Shown: positions 1 to 15,000 of the stretch, in pieces | How positions within the stretch are numbered: the stretch's first letter is position 1 | Layout of the letters: every line of letters begins with the position of its first letter | From: Caecitellus pseudoparvulus | Taxonomy: Eukaryota > Protista > Bigyra: Bicosoecida | NCBI GenBank assembly: GCA_965644315.1 | Contig: CBFFRQ010000214.1 | Coordinates: 1 to 64,000 of the forward strand | Length of the DNA stretch: 64,000 nucleotides | Direction of reading: 5' to 3' | Notes under the pieces: model-generated | The model's database searches: none | Told to the model about the DNA's origin: nothing | What the model saw: only the letters and a program-made list of their open reading frames with translations | Made by a program: the position numbers and the translations under genes

Positions 1-3000
1 CCCGTGGCCATGTGCAGGTACCCGGCGTCGCCCGTGAGCGCGGTGCCAGTGCTCAGCACCATGGCGCCGCTGTCGCCCGATGTCGACCCGCCCGACGCCA
101 GTGTGACGGCCCCGCTGCTGCCCGACTGTGTCGTGCCAGTGCTCAGCACCATGGCGCCGCTGTCGCCCGATGTCGACCCGCCCGACGCCAGTGTCACGGC
201 CCCGCTGCTGCCCGACTGTGTCGTGCCAGTGCTCAGCACCAGCGACCCCGACACACCCGTGCCCACAGCGTTGGCACTGCGCACCACCACTGCACCAGTG
301 CTGGACACCGCACCACTCCCGCTCACCACACTCACCACACCGCCCACACTGCCACCAGCAGTGCTGGCGCCAGCTGACACGTACAGGTGCCCGCCGTCGC
401 CCTGGTCAGTGCCGCCCACAGTCATGGACATGCTGCCGGCGACCCCCGATGTGGCGGCCCCCGTGGCCATGTGCAGGTACCCGGCGTCGCCCGTGAGCGC
501 GGTGCCAGTGCTCAGCACCATGGCGCCGCTGTCGCCCGATGTCGACCCGCCCGACGCCAGTGTGCACGGCCCCGCTGCTGCCCGACTGTGTCGTGCCAGT
601 GCTCAGCACCAGCGACCCCGACACACCCGTGCCCACAGCGTTGGCACTGCGCACCACCACTGCACCAGTGCTGGACACCGCACCACTCCCGCTCACCACA
701 CTCACCACACCGCCCACACTGCCACCAGCAGTGCTGGCGCCAGCTGACACGTACAGGTGCCCGCCGTCGCCCTGGTCAGTGCCGCCCACAGTCATGGACA
801 TGCTGCCGGCGACCCCCGATGTGGCGGCCCCCGTGGCCATGTGCAGGTACCCGGCGTCGCCCGTGAGCGCGGTGCCAGTGCTCAGCACCATGGCGCCGCT
901 GTCGCCCGATGTCGACCCGCCCGACGCCAGTGTGACGGCCCCGCTGCTGCCCGACTGTGTCGTGCCAGTGCTCAGCACCATGGCGCCGCTGTCGCCCGAT
1001 GTCGACCCGCCCGACGCCAGTGTCACGGCCCCGCTGCTGCCCGACTGTGTCGTGCCAGTGCTCAGCACCAGCGACCCCGACACACCCGTGCCCACAGCGT
1101 TGGCACTGCGCACCACCACTGCACCAGTGCTGGACACCGCACCACTCCCGCTCACCACACTCACCACACCGCCCACACTGCCACCAGCAGTGCTGGCGCC
1201 AGCTGACACGTACAGGTGCCCGCCGTCGCCCTGGTCAGTGGCGCCCACAGTCATGGACATGCTGCCGGCGGCCCCCGATGTGGCGGCCCCCGTGGCCATG
1301 TGCAGGTACCCGGCGTCGCCCGTGAGCGCGGTGCCAGTGCTCAGCACCATGGCGCCGCTGTCGCCCGATGTCGACCCGCCCGACGCCAGTGTGACGGCCC
1401 CGCTGCTGCCCGACTGTGTCGTGCCAGTGCTCAGCACCATGGCGCCGCTGTCGCCCGATGTCGACCCGCCCGACGCCAGTGTCACGGCCCCGCTGCTGCC
1501 CGACTGTGTCGTGCCAGTGCTCAGCACCAGCGACCCCGACACGCCCGTGCCCACAGCGTTGGCACTGCGCACCACCACTGCACCAGTGCTGGACACCGCA
1601 CCACTCCCGCTCACCACACTCACCACACCGCCCACACTGCCACCAGCAGTGCTGGCGCCAGCTGACACGTACAGGTGCCCGCCGTCGCCCTGGTCAGTGC
1701 CGCCCACAGTCATGGACATGCTGCCGGCGGCCCCCGATGTGGCGGCCCCCGTGGCCATGTGCAGGTACCCGGCGTCGCCCGTGAGCGCGGTGCCAGTGCT
1801 CAGCACCATGGCGCCGCTGTCGCCCGATGTCGACCCGCCCGACGCCAGTGTCACGGCCCCGCTGCTGCCCGACTGTGTCGTGCCAGTGCTCAGCACCATG
1901 GCGCCGCTGTCGCCCGATGTCGACCCGCCCGACGCCAGTGTCACGGCCCCGCTGCTGCCCGACTGTGTCGTGCCAGTGCTCAGCACCAGCGACCCCGACA
2001 CACCCGTGCCCACAGCGTTGGCACTGCGCACCACCACTGCACCAGTGCTGGACACCGCACCACTCCCGCTCACCACACTCACCACACCGCCCACACTGCC
2101 ACCAGCAGTGCTGGCGCCAGCTGACACGTACAGGTGCCCGCCGTCGCCCTGGTCAGTGCCGCCCACAGTCATGGACATGCTGCCGGCGGCCCCCGATGTG
2201 GCGGCCCCCGTGGCCATGTGCAGGTACCCGGCGTCGCCCGTGAGCGCGGTGCCAGTGCTCAGCACCATGGCGCCGCTGTCGCCCGATGTCGACCCGCCCG
2301 ACGCCAGTGTCACGGCCCCGCTGCTGCCCGACTGTGTCGTGCCAGTGCTCAGCACCATGGCGCCGCTGTCGCCCGATGTCGACCCGCCCGACGCCAGTGT
2401 CACGGCCCCGCTGCTGCCCGACTGTGTCGTGCCAGTGCTCAGCACCAGCGACCCCGACACACCCGTGCCCACAGCGTTGGCACTGCGCACCACCACTGCA
2501 CCAGTGCTGGACACCGCACCACTCCCGCTCACCACACTCACCACACCGCCCACACTGCCACCAGCAGTGCTGGCGCCAGCTGACACGTACAGGTGCCCGC
2601 CGTCGCCCTGGTCAGTGGCGCCCACAGTCATGGACATGCTGCCGGCGGCCCCCGATGTGGCGGCCCCCGTGGCCATGTGCAGGTACCCGGCGTCGCCCGT
2701 GAGCGCGGTGCCAGTGCTCAGCACCATGGCGCCGCTGTCGCCCGATGTCGACCCGCCCGACGCCAGTGTGACGGCCCCGCTGCTGCCCGACTGTGTCGTG
2801 CCAGTGCTCAGCACCATGGCGCCGCTGTCGCCCGATGTCGACCCGCCCGACGCCAGTGTCACGGCCCCGCTGCTGCCCGACTGTGTCGTGCCAGTGCTCA
2901 GCACCAGCGACCCCGACACACCCGTGCCCACAGCGTTGGCACTGCGCACCACCACTGCACCAGTGCTGGACACCGCACCACTCCCGCTCACCACACTCAC

Positions 3001-6000
3001 CACACCGCCCACACTGCCACCAGCAGTGCTGGCGCCAGCTGACACGTACACGTGCCCGCCGTCGCCCTGGTCAGTGGCGCCCACAGTCATGGACATGCTG
3101 CCGGCGACCCCCGATGTGGCGGCCCCCGTGGCCATGTGCAGGTACCCGGCGTCGCCCGTGAGCGCGGTGCCAGTGCTCAGCACCATGGCGCCGCTGTCGC
3201 CCGATGTCGACCCGCCCGACGCCAGTGTCACGGCCCCGCTGCTGCCCGACTGTGTCGTGCCAGTGCTCAGCACCATGGCGCCGCTGTCGCCCGATGTCGA
3301 CCCGCCCGACGCCAGTGTCACGGCCCCGCTGCTGCCCGACTGTGTCGTGCCAGTGCTCAGCACCAGCGACCCCGACACACCCGTGCCCACAGCGTTGGCA
3401 CTGCGCACCACCACTGCACCAGTGCTGGACACCGCACCACTCCCGCTCACCACACTCACCACACCGCCCACACTGCCACCAGCAGTGCTGGCGCCAGCTG
3501 ACACGTACAGGTGCCCGCCGTCGCCCTGGTCAGTGCCGCCCACAGTCATGGACATGCTGCCGGCGGCCCCCGATGTGGCGGCCCCCGTGGCCATGTGCAG
3601 GTACCCGGCGTCGCCCGTGAGCGCGGTGCCAGTGCTCAGCACCATGGCGCCGCTGTCGCCCGATGTCGACCCGCCCGACGCCAGTGTACGGCCCCGCTGC
3701 TGCCGACTGTGTCGTGCCAGTGCTCAGCACCATGGCGCCGCTGTCGCCCGATGTCGACCCGCCCGACGCCAGTGTCACGGCCCCGCTGCTGCCCGACTGT
3801 GTCGTGCCAGTGCTCAGCACCAGCGACCCCGACACACCCGTGCCCACAGCGTTGGCACTGCGCACCACCACTGCACCAGTGCTGGACACCGCACCACTCC
3901 CGCTCACCACACTCACCACACCGCCCACACTGCCACCAGCAGTGCTGGCGCCAGCTGACACGTACAGGTGCCCGCCGTCGCCCTGGTCAGTGCCGCCCAC
4001 AGTCATGGACATGCTGCCGGCGGCCCCCGATGTGGCGGCCCCCGTGGCCATGTGCAGGTACCCGGCGTCGCCCGTGAGCGCGGTGCCAGTGCTCAGCACC
4101 ATGGCGCCGCTGTCGCCCGATGTCGACCCGCCCGACGCCAGTGTCACGGCCCCGCTGCTGCCCGACTGTGTCGTGCCAGTGCTCAGCACCATGGCGCCGC
4201 TGTCGCCCGATGTCGACCCGCCCGACGCCAGTGTCACGGCCCCGCTGCTGCCCGACTGTGTCGTGCCAGTGCTCAGCACCAGCGACCCCGACACACCCGT
4301 GCCCACAGCGTTGGCACTGCGCACCACCACTGCACCAGTGCTGGACACCGCACCACTCCCGCTCACCACACTCACCACACCGCCCACACTGCCACCAGCA
4401 GTGCTGGCGCCAGCTGACACGTACAGGTGCCCGCCGTCGCCCTGGTCAGTGGCGCCCACAGTCATGGACATGCTGCCGGCGGCCCCCGATGTGGCGGCCC
4501 CCGTGGCCATGTGCAGGTACCCGGCGTCGCCCGTGAGCGCGGTGCCAGTGCTCAGCACCATGGCGCCGCTGTCGCCCGATGTCGACCCGCCCGACGCCAG
4601 TGTCACGGCCCCGCTGCTGCCCGACTGTGTCGTGCCAGTGCTCAGCACCATGGCGCCGCTGTCGCCCGATGTCGACCCGCCCGACGCCAGTGTCACGGCC
4701 CCGCTGCTGCCCGACTGTGTCGTGCCAGTGCTCAGCACCAGCGACCCCGACACACCCGTGCCCACAGCGTTGGCACTGCGCACCACCACTGCACCAGTGC
4801 TGGACACCGCACCACTCCCGCTCACCACACTCACCACACCGCCCACACTGCCACCAGCAGTGCTGGCGCCAGCTGACACGTACACGTGCCCGCCGTCGCC
4901 CTGGTCAGTGGCGCCCACAGTCATGGACATGCTGCCGGCGGCCCCCGATGTGGCGGCCCCCGTGGCCATGTGCAGGTACCCGGCGTCGCCCGTGAGCGCG
5001 GTGCCAGTGCTCAGCACCATGGCGCCGCTGTCGCCCGATGTCGACCCGCCCGACGCCAGTGTCACGGCCCCGCTGCTGCCCGACTGTGTCGTGCCAGTGC
5101 TCAGCACCATGGCGCCGCTGTCGCCCGATGTCGACCCGCCCGACGCCAGTGTCACGGCCCCGCTGCTGCCCGACTGTGTCGTGCCAGTGCTCAGCACCAG
5201 CGACCCCGACACACCCGTGCCCACAGCGTTGGCACTGCGCACCACCACTGCACCAGTGCTGGACACCGCACCACTCCCGCTCACCACACTCACCACACCG
5301 CCCACACTGCCACCAGCAGTGCTGGCGCCAGCTGACACGTACAGGTGCCCGCCGTCGCCCTGGTCAGTGGCGCCCACAGTCATGGACATGCTGCCGGCGG
5401 CCCCCGATGTGGCGGCCCCCGTGGCCATGTGCAGGTACCCGGCGTCGCCCGTGAGCGCGGTGCCAGTGCTCAGCACCATGGCGCCGCTGTCGCCCGATGT
5501 CGACCCGCCCGACGCCAGTGTCACGGCCCCGCTGCTGCCCGACTGTGTCGTGCCAGTGCTCAGCACCATGGCGCCGCTGTCGCCCGATGTCGACCCGCCC
5601 GACGCCAGTGTCACGGCCCCGCTGCTGCCCGACTGTGTCGTGCCAGTGCTCAGCACCAGCGACCCCGACACACCCGTGCCCACAGCGTTGGCACTGCGCA
5701 CCACCACTGCACCAGTGCTGGACACCGCACCACTCCCGCTCACCACACTCACCACACCGCCCACACTGCCACCAGCAGTGCTGGCGCCAGCTGACACGTA
5801 CAGGTGCCCGCCGTCGCCCTGGTCAGTGGCGCCCACAGTCATGGACATGCTGCCGGCGGCCCCCGATGTGGCGGCCCCCGTGGCCATGTGCAGGTACCCG
5901 GCGTCGCCCGTGAGCGCGGTGCCAGTGCTCAGCACCATGGCGCCGCTGTCGCCCGATGTCGACCCGCCCGACGCCAGTGTGACGGCCCCGCTGCTGCCCG

Positions 6001-9000
6001 ACTGTGTCGTGCCAGTGCTCAGCACCATGGCGCCGCTGTCGCCCGATGTCGACCCGCCCGACGCCAGTGTCACGGCCCCGCTGCTGCCCGACTGTGTCGT
6101 GCCAGTGCTCAGCACCAGCGACCCCGACACACCCGTGCCCACAGCGTTGGCACTGCGCACCACCACTGCACCAGTGCTGGACACCGCACCACTCCCGCTC
6201 ACCACACTCACCACACCGCCCACACTGCCACCAGCAGTGCTGGCGCCAGCTGACACGTACAGGTGCCCGCCGTCGCCCTGGTCAGTGGCGCCCACAGTCA
6301 TGGACATGCTGCCGGCGGCCCCCGATGTGGCGGCCCCCGTGGCCATGTGCAGGTACCCGGCGTCGCCCGTGAGCGCGGTGCCAGTGCTCAGCACCATGGC
6401 GCCGCTGTCGCCCGATGTCGACCCGCCCGACGCCAGTGTCACGGCCCCGCTGCTGCCCGACTGTGTCGTGCCAGTGCTCAGCACCATGGCGCCGCTGTCG
6501 CCCGATGTCGACCCGCCCGACGCCAGTGTCACGGCCCCGCTGCTGCCCGACTGTGTCGTGCCAGTGCTCAGCACCAGCGACCCCGACACACCCGTGCCCA
6601 CAGCGTTGGCACTGCGCACCACCACTGCACCAGTGCTGGACACCGCACCACTCCCGCTCACCACACTCACCACACCGCCCACACTGCCACCAGCAGTGCT
6701 GGCGCCAGCTGACACGTACACGTGCCCGCCGTCGCCCTGGTCAGTGGCGCCCACAGTCATGGACATGCTGCCGGCGGCCCCCGATGTGGCGGCCCCCGTG
6801 GCCATGTGCAGGTACCCGGCGTCGCCCGTGAGCGCGGTGCCAGTGCTCAGCACCATGGCGCCGCTGTCGCCCGATGTCGACCCGCCCGACGCCAGTGTGA
6901 CGGCCCCGCTGCTGCCCGACTGTGTCGTGCCAGTGCTCAGCACCAGCGACCCCGACACACCCGTGCCCACAGCGTTGGCACTGCGCACCACCACTGCACC
7001 AGTGCTGGACACCGCACCACTCCCGCTCACCACACTCACCACACCGCCCACACTGCCACCAGCAGTGCTGGCGCCAGCTGACACGTACACGTGCCCGCCG
7101 TCGCCCTGGTCAGTGGCGCCCACAGTCATGGACATGCTGCCGGCGGCCCCCGATGTGGCGGCCCCCGTGGCCATGTGCAGGTACCCGGCGTCGCCCGTGA
7201 GCGCGGTGCCAGTGCTCAGCACCATGGCGCCGCTGTCGCCCGATGTCGACCCGCCCGACGCCAGTGTGACGGCCCCGCTGCTGCCCGACTGTGTCGTGCC
7301 AGTGCTCAGCACCATGGCGCCGCTGTCGCCCGATGTCGACCCGCCCGACGCCAGTGTCACGGCCCCGCTGCTGCCCGACTGTGTCGTGCCAGTGCTCAGC
7401 ACCAGCGACCCCGACACACCCGTGCCCACAGCGTTGGCACTGCGCACCACCACTGCACCAGTGCTGGACACCGCACCACTCCCGCTCACCACACTCACCA
7501 CACCGCCCACACTGCCACCAGCAGTGCTGGCGCCAGCTGACACGTACACGTGCCCGCCGTCGCCCTGGTCAGTGGCGCCCACAGTCATGGACATGCTGCC
7601 GGCGGCCCCCGATGTGGCGGCCCCCGTGGCCATGTGCAGGTACCCGGCGTCGCCCGTGAGCGCGGTGCCAGTGCTCAGCACCATGGCGCCGCTGTCGCCC
7701 GATGTCGACCCGCCCGACGCCAGTGTGACGGCCCCGCTGCTGCCCGACTGTGTCGTGCCAGTGCTCAGCACCATGGCGCCGCTGTCGCCCGATGTCGACC
7801 CGCCCGACGCCAGTGTCACGGCCCCGCTGCTGCCCGACTGTGTCGTGCCAGTGCTCAGCACCAGCGACCCCGACACACCCGTGCCCACAGCGTTGGCACT
7901 GCGCACCACCACTGCACCAGTGCTGGACACCGCACCACTCCCGCTCACCACACTCACCACACCGCCCACACTGCCACCAGCAGTGCTGGCGCCAGCTGAC
8001 ACGTACACGTGCCCGCCGTCGCCCTGGTCAGTGCCGCCCACAGTCATGGACATGCTGCCGGCGGCCCCCGATGTGGCGGCCCCCGTGGCCATGTGCAGGT
8101 ACCCGGCGTCGCCCGTGAGCGCGGTGCCAGTGCTCAGCACCATGGCGCCGCTGTCGCCCGATGTCGACCCGCCCGACGCCAGTGTCACGGCCCCGCTGCT
8201 GCCCGACTGTGTCGTGCCAGTGCTCAGCACCATGGCGCCGCTGTCGCCCGATGTCGACCCGCCCGACGCCAGTGTCACGGCCCCGCTGCTGCCCGACTGT
8301 GTCGTGCCAGTGCTCAGCACCAGCGACCCCGACACACCCGTGCCCACAGCGTTGGCACTGCGCACCACCACTGCACCAGTGCTGGACACCGCACCACTCC
8401 CGCTCACCACACTCACCACACCGCCCACACTGCCACCAGCAGTGCTGGCGCCAGCTGACACGTACAGGTGCCCGCCGTCGCCCTGGTCAGTGGCGCCCAC
8501 AGTCATGGACATGCTGCCGGCGGCCCCCGATGTGGCGGCCCCCGTGGCCATGTGCAGGTACCCGGCGTCGCCCGTGAGCGCGGTGCCAGTGCTCAGCACC
8601 ATGGCGCCGCTGTCGCCCGATGTCGACCCGCCCGACGCCAGTGTCACGGCCCCGCTGCTGCCCGACTGTGTCGTGCCAGTGCTCAGCACCATGGCGCCGC
8701 TGTCGCCCGATGTCGACCCGCCCGACGCCAGTGTCACGGCCCCGCTGCTGCCCGACTGTGTCGTGCCAGTGCTCAGCACCAGCGACCCCGACACACCCGT
8801 GCCCACAGCGTTGGCACTGCGCACCACCACTGCACCAGTGCTGGACACCGCACCACTCCCGCTCACCACACTCACCACACCGCCCACACTGCCACCAGCA
8901 GTGCTGGCGCCAGCTGACACGTACAGGTGCCCGCCGTCGCCCTGGTCAGTGCCGCCCACAGTCATGGACATGCTGCCGGCGGCCCCCGATGTGGCGGCCC

Positions 9001-12000
9001 CCGTGGCCATGTGCAGGTACCCGGCGTCGCCCGTGAGCGCGGTGCCAGTGCTCAGCACCATGGCGCCGCTGTCGCCCGATGTCGACCCGCCCGACGCCAG
9101 TGTGACGGCCCCGCTGCTGCCCGACTGTGTCGTGCCAGTGCTCAGCACCATGGCGCCGCTGTCGCCCGATGTCGACCCGCCCGACGCCAGTGTCACGGCC
9201 CCGCTGCTGCCCGACTGTGTCGTGCCAGTGCTCAGCACCAGCGACCCCGACACACCCGTGCCCACAGCGTTGGCACTGCGCACCACCACTGCACCAGTGC
9301 TGGACACCGCACCACTCCCGCTCACCACACTCACCACACCGCCCACACTGCCACCAGCAGTGCTGGCGCCAGCTGACACGTACAGGTGCCCGCCGTCGCC
9401 CTGGTCAGTGGCGCCCACAGTCATGGACATGCTGCCGGCGGCCCCCGATGTGGCGGCCCCCGTGGCCATGTGCAGGTACCCGGCGTCGCCCGTGAGCGCG
9501 GTGCCAGTGCTCAGCACCATGGCGCCGCTGTCGCCCGATGTCGACCCGCCCGACGCCAGTGTCACGGCCCCGCTGCTGCCCGACTGTGTCGTGCCAGTGC
9601 TCAGCACCAGCGACCCCGACACACCCGTGCCCACAGCGTTGGCACTGCGCACCACCACTGCACCAGTGCTGGACACCGCACCACTCCCGCTCACCACACT
9701 CACCACACCGCCCACACTGCCACCAGCAGTGCTGGCGCCAGCTGACACGTACAGGTGCCCGCCGTCGCCCTGGTCAGTGCCGCCCACAGTCATGGACATG
9801 CTGCCGGCGGCCCCCGATGTGGCGGCCCCCGTGGCCATGTGCAGGTACCCGGCGTCGCCCGTGAGCGCGGTGCCAGTGCTCAGCACCATGGCGCCGCTGT
9901 CGCCCGATGTCGACCCGCCCGACGCCAGTGTGACGGCCCCGCTGCTGCCCGACTGTGTCGTGCCAGTGCTCAGCACCAGCGACCCCGACACACCCGTGCC
10001 CACAGCGTTGGCACTGCGCACCACCACTGCACCAGTGCTGGACACCGCACCACTCCCGCTCACCACACTCACCACACCGCCCACACTGCCACCAGCAGTG
10101 CTGGCGCCAGCTGACACGTACAGGTGCCCGCCGTCGCCCTGGTCAGTGGCGCCCACAGTCATGGACATGCTGCCGGCGGCCCCCGATGTGGCGGCCCCCG
10201 TGGCCATGTGCAGGTACCCGGCGTCGCCCGTGAGCGCGGTGCCAGTGCTCAGCACCATGGCGCCGCTGTCGCCCGATGTCGACCCGCCCGACGCCAGTGT
10301 CACGGCCCCGCTGCTGCCCGACTGTGTCGTGCCAGTGCTCAGCACCATGGCGCCGCTGTCGCCCGATGTCGACCCGCCCGACGCCAGTGTCACGGCCCCG
10401 CTGCTGCCCGACTGTGTCGTGCCAGTGCTCAGCACCAGCGACCCCGACACACCCGTGCCCACAGCGTTGGCACTGCGCACCACCACTGCACCAGTGCTGG
10501 ACACCGCACCACTCCCGCTCACCACACTCACCACACCGCCCACACTGCCACCAGCAGTGCTGGCGCCAGCTGACACGTACAGGTGCCCGCCGTCGCCCTG
10601 GTCAGTGCCGCCCACAGTCATGGACATGCTGCCGGCGGCCCCCGATGTGGCGGCCCCCGTGGCCATGTGCAGGTACCCGGCGTCGCCCGTGAGCGCGGTG
10701 CCAGTGCTCAGCACCATGGCGCCGCTGTCGCCCGATGTCGACCCGCCCGACGCCAGTGTGACGGCCCCGCTGCTGCCCGACTGTGTCGTGCCAGTGCTCA
10801 GCACCATGGCGCCGCTGTCGCCCGATGTCGACCCGCCCGACGCCAGTGTCACGGCCCCGCTGCTGCCCGACTGTGTCGTGCCAGTGCTCAGCACCAGCGA
10901 CCCCGACACACCCGTGCCCACAGCGTTGGCACTGCGCACCACCACTGCACCAGTGCTGGACACCGCACCACTCCCGCTCACCACACTCACCACACCGCCC
11001 ACACTGCCACCAGCAGTGCTGGCGCCAGCTGACACGTACAGGTGCCCGCCGTCGCCCTGGTCAGTGCCGCCCACAGTCATGGACATGCTGCCGGCGGCCC
11101 CCGATGTGGCGGCCCCCGTGGCCATGTGCAGGTACCCGGCGTCGCCCGTGAGCGCGGTGCCAGTGCTCAGCACCATGGCGCCGCTGTCGCCCGATGTCGA
11201 CCCGCCCGACGCCAGTGTCACGGCCCCGCTGCTGCCCGACTGTGTCGTGCCAGTGCTCAGCACCATGGCGCCGCTGTCGCCCGATGTCGACCCGCCCGAC
11301 GCCAGTGTCACGGCCCCGCTGCTGCCCGACTGTGTCGTGCCAGTGCTCAGCACCAGCGACCCCGACACGCCCGTGCCCACAGCGTTGGCACTGCGCACCA
11401 CCACTGCACCAGTGCTGGACACCGCACCACTCCCGCTCACCACACTCACCACACCGCCCACACTGCCACCAGCAGTGCTGGCGCCAGCTGACACGTACAG
11501 GTGCCCGCCGTCGCCCTGGTCAGTGCCGCCCACAGTCATGGACATGCTGCCGGCGGCCCCCGATGTGGCGGCCCCCGTGGCCATGTGCAGGTACCCGGCG
11601 TCGCCCGTGAGCGCGGTGCCAGTGCTCAGCACCATGGCGCCGCTGTCGCCCGATGTCGACCCGCCCGACGCCAGTGTCACGGCCCCGCTGCTGCCCGACT
11701 GTGTCGTGCCAGTGCTCAGCACCAGCGACCCCGACACACCCGTGCCCACAGCGTTGGCACTGCGCACCACCACTGCACCAGTGCTGGACACCGCACCACT
11801 CCCGCTCACCACACTCACCACACCGCCCACACTGCCACCAGCAGTGCTGGCGCCAGCTGACACGTACAGGTGCCCGCCGTCGCCCTGGTCAGTGGCGCCC
11901 ACAGTCATGGACATGCTGCCGGCGGCCCCCGATGTGGCGGCCCCCGTGGCCATGTGCAGGTACCCGGCGTCGCCCGTGAGCGCGGTGCCAGTGCTCAGCA

Positions 12001-15000
12001 CCATGGCGCCGCTGTCGCCCGATGTCGACCCGCCCGACGCCAGTGTCACGGCCCCGCTGCTGCCCGACTGTGTCGTGCCAGTGCTCAGCACCATGGCGCC
12101 GCTGTCGCCCGATGTCGACCCGCCCGACGCCAGTGTCACGGCCCCGCTGCTGCCCGACTGTGTCGTGCCAGTGCTCAGCACCAGCGACCCCGACACACCC
12201 GTGCCCACAGCGTTGGCACTGCGCACCACCACTGCACCAGTGCTGGACACCGCACCACTCCCGCTCACCACACTCACCACACCGCCCACACTGCCACCAG
12301 CAGTGCTGGCGCCAGCTGACACGTACAGGTGCCCGCCGTCGCCCTGGTCAGTGGCGCCCACAGTCATGGACATGCTGCCGGCGACCCCCGATGTGGCGGC
12401 CCCCGTGGCCATGTGCAGGTACCCGGCGTCGCCCGTGAGCGCGGTGCCAGTGCTCAGCACCATGGCGCCGCTGTCGCCCGATGTCGACCCGCCCGACGCC
12501 AGTGTGACGGCCCCGCTGCTGCCCGACTGTGTCGTGCCAGTGCTCAGCACCATGGCGCCGCTGTCGCCCGATGTCGACCCGCCCGACGCCAGTGTCACGG
12601 CCCCGCTGCTGCCCGACTGTGTCGTGCCAGTGCTCAGCACCAGCGACCCCGACACACCCGTGCCCACAGCGTTGGCACTGCGCACCACCACTGCACCAGT
12701 GCTGGACACCGCACCACTCCCGCTCACCACACTCACCACACCGCCCACACTGCCACCAGCAGTGCTGGCGCCAGCTGACACGTACAGGTGCCCGCCGTCG
12801 CCCTGGTCAGTGCCGCCCACAGTCATGGACATGCTGCCGGCGACCCCCGATGTGGCGGCCCCCGTGGCCATGTGCAGGTACCCGGCGTCGCCCGTGAGCG
12901 CGGTGCCAGTGCTCAGCACCATGGCGCCGCTGTCGCCCGATGTCGACCCGCCCGACGCCAGTGTCACGGCCCCGCTGCTGCCCGACTGTGTCGTGCCAGT
13001 GCTCAGCACCAGCGACCCCGACACACCCGTGCCCACAGCGTTGGCACTGCGCACCACCACTGCACCAGTGCTGGACACCGCACCACTCCCGCTCACCACA
13101 CTCACCACACCGCCCACACTGCCACCAGCAGTGCTGGCGCCAGCTGACACGTACAGGTGCCCGCCGTCGCCCTGGTCAGTGCCGCCCACAGTCATGGACA
13201 TGCTGCCGGCGGCCCCCGATGTGGCGGCCCCCGTGGCCATGTGCAGGTACCCGGCGTCGCCCGTGAGCGCGGTGCCAGTGCTCAGCACCATGGCGCCGCT
13301 GTCGCCCGATGTCGACCCGCCCGACGCCAGTGTCACGGCCCCGCTGCTGCCCGACTGTGTCGTGCCAGTGCTCAGCACCATGGCGCCGCTGTCGCCCGAT
13401 GTCGACCCGCCCGACGCCAGTGTCACGGCCCCGCTGCTGCCCGACTGTGTCGTGCCAGTGCTCAGCACCAGCGACCCCGACACACCCGTGCCCACAGCGT
13501 TGGCACTGCGCACCACCACTGCACCAGTGCTGGACACCGCACCACTCCCGCTCACCACACTCACCACACCGCCCACACTGCCACCAGCAGTGCTGGCGCC
13601 AGCTGACACGTACAGGTGCCCGCCGTCGCCCTGGTCAGTGGCGCCCACAGTCATGGACATGCTGCCGGCGGCCCCCGATGTGGCGGCCCCCGTGGCCATG
13701 TGCAGGTACCCGGCGTCGCCCGTGAGCGCGGTGCCAGTGCTCAGCACCATGGCGCCGCTGTCGCCCGATGTCGACCCGCCCGACGCCAGTGTGACGGCCC
13801 CGCTGCTGCCCGACTGTGTCGTGCCAGTGCTCAGCACCATGGCGCCGCTGTCGCCCGATGTCGACCCGCCCGACGCCAGTGTCACGGCCCCGCTGCTGCC
13901 CGACTGTGTCGTGCCAGTGCTCAGCACCAGCGACCCCGACACGCCCGTGCCCACAGCGTTGGCACTGCGCACCACCACTGCACCAGTGCTGGACACCGCA
14001 CCACTCCCGCTCACCACACTCACCACACCGCCCACACTGCCACCAGCAGTGCTGGCGCCAGCTGACACGTACAGGTGCCCGCCGTCGCCCTGGTCAGTGG
14101 CGCCCACAGTCATGGACATGCTGCCGGCGGCCCCCGATGTGGCGGCCCCCGTGGCCATGTGCAGGTACCCGGCGTCGCCCGTGAGCGCGGTGCCAGTGCT
14201 CAGCACCATGGCGCCGCTGTCGCCCGATGTCGACCCGCCCGACGCCAGTGTCACGGCCCCGCTGCTGCCCGACTGTGTCGTGCCAGTGCTCAGCACCATG
14301 GCGCCGCTGTCGCCCGATGTCGACCCGCCCGACGCCAGTGTCACGGCCCCGCTGCTGCCCGACTGTGTCGTGCCAGTGCTCAGCACCAGCGACCCCGACA
14401 CACCCGTGCCCACAGCGTTGGCACTGCGCACCACCACTGCACCAGTGCTGGACACCGCACCACTCCCGCTCACCACACTCACCACACCGCCCACACTGCC
14501 ACCAGCAGTGCTGGCGCCAGCTGACACGTACAGGTGCCCGCCGTCGCCCTGGTCAGTGGCGCCCACAGTCATGGACATGCTGCCGGCGGCCCCCGATGTG
14601 GCGGCCCCCGTGGCCATGTGCAGGTACCCGGCGTCGCCCGTGAGCGCGGTGCCAGTGCTCAGCACCATGGCGCCGCTGTCGCCCGATGTCGACCCGCCCG
14701 ACGCCAGTGTCACGGCCCCGCTGCTGCCCGACTGTGTCGTGCCAGTGCTCAGCACCAGCGACCCCGACACGCCCGTGCCCACAGCGTTGGCACTGCGCAC
14801 CACCACTGCACCAGTGCTGGACACCGCACCACTCCCGCTCACCACACTCACCACACCGCCCACACTGCCACCAGCAGTGCTGGCGCCAGCTGACACGTAC
14901 ACGTGCCCGCCGTCGCCCTGGTCAGTGGCGCCCACAGTCATGGACATGCTGCCGGCGACCCCCGATGTGGCGGCCCCCGTGGCCATGTGCAGGTACCCGG

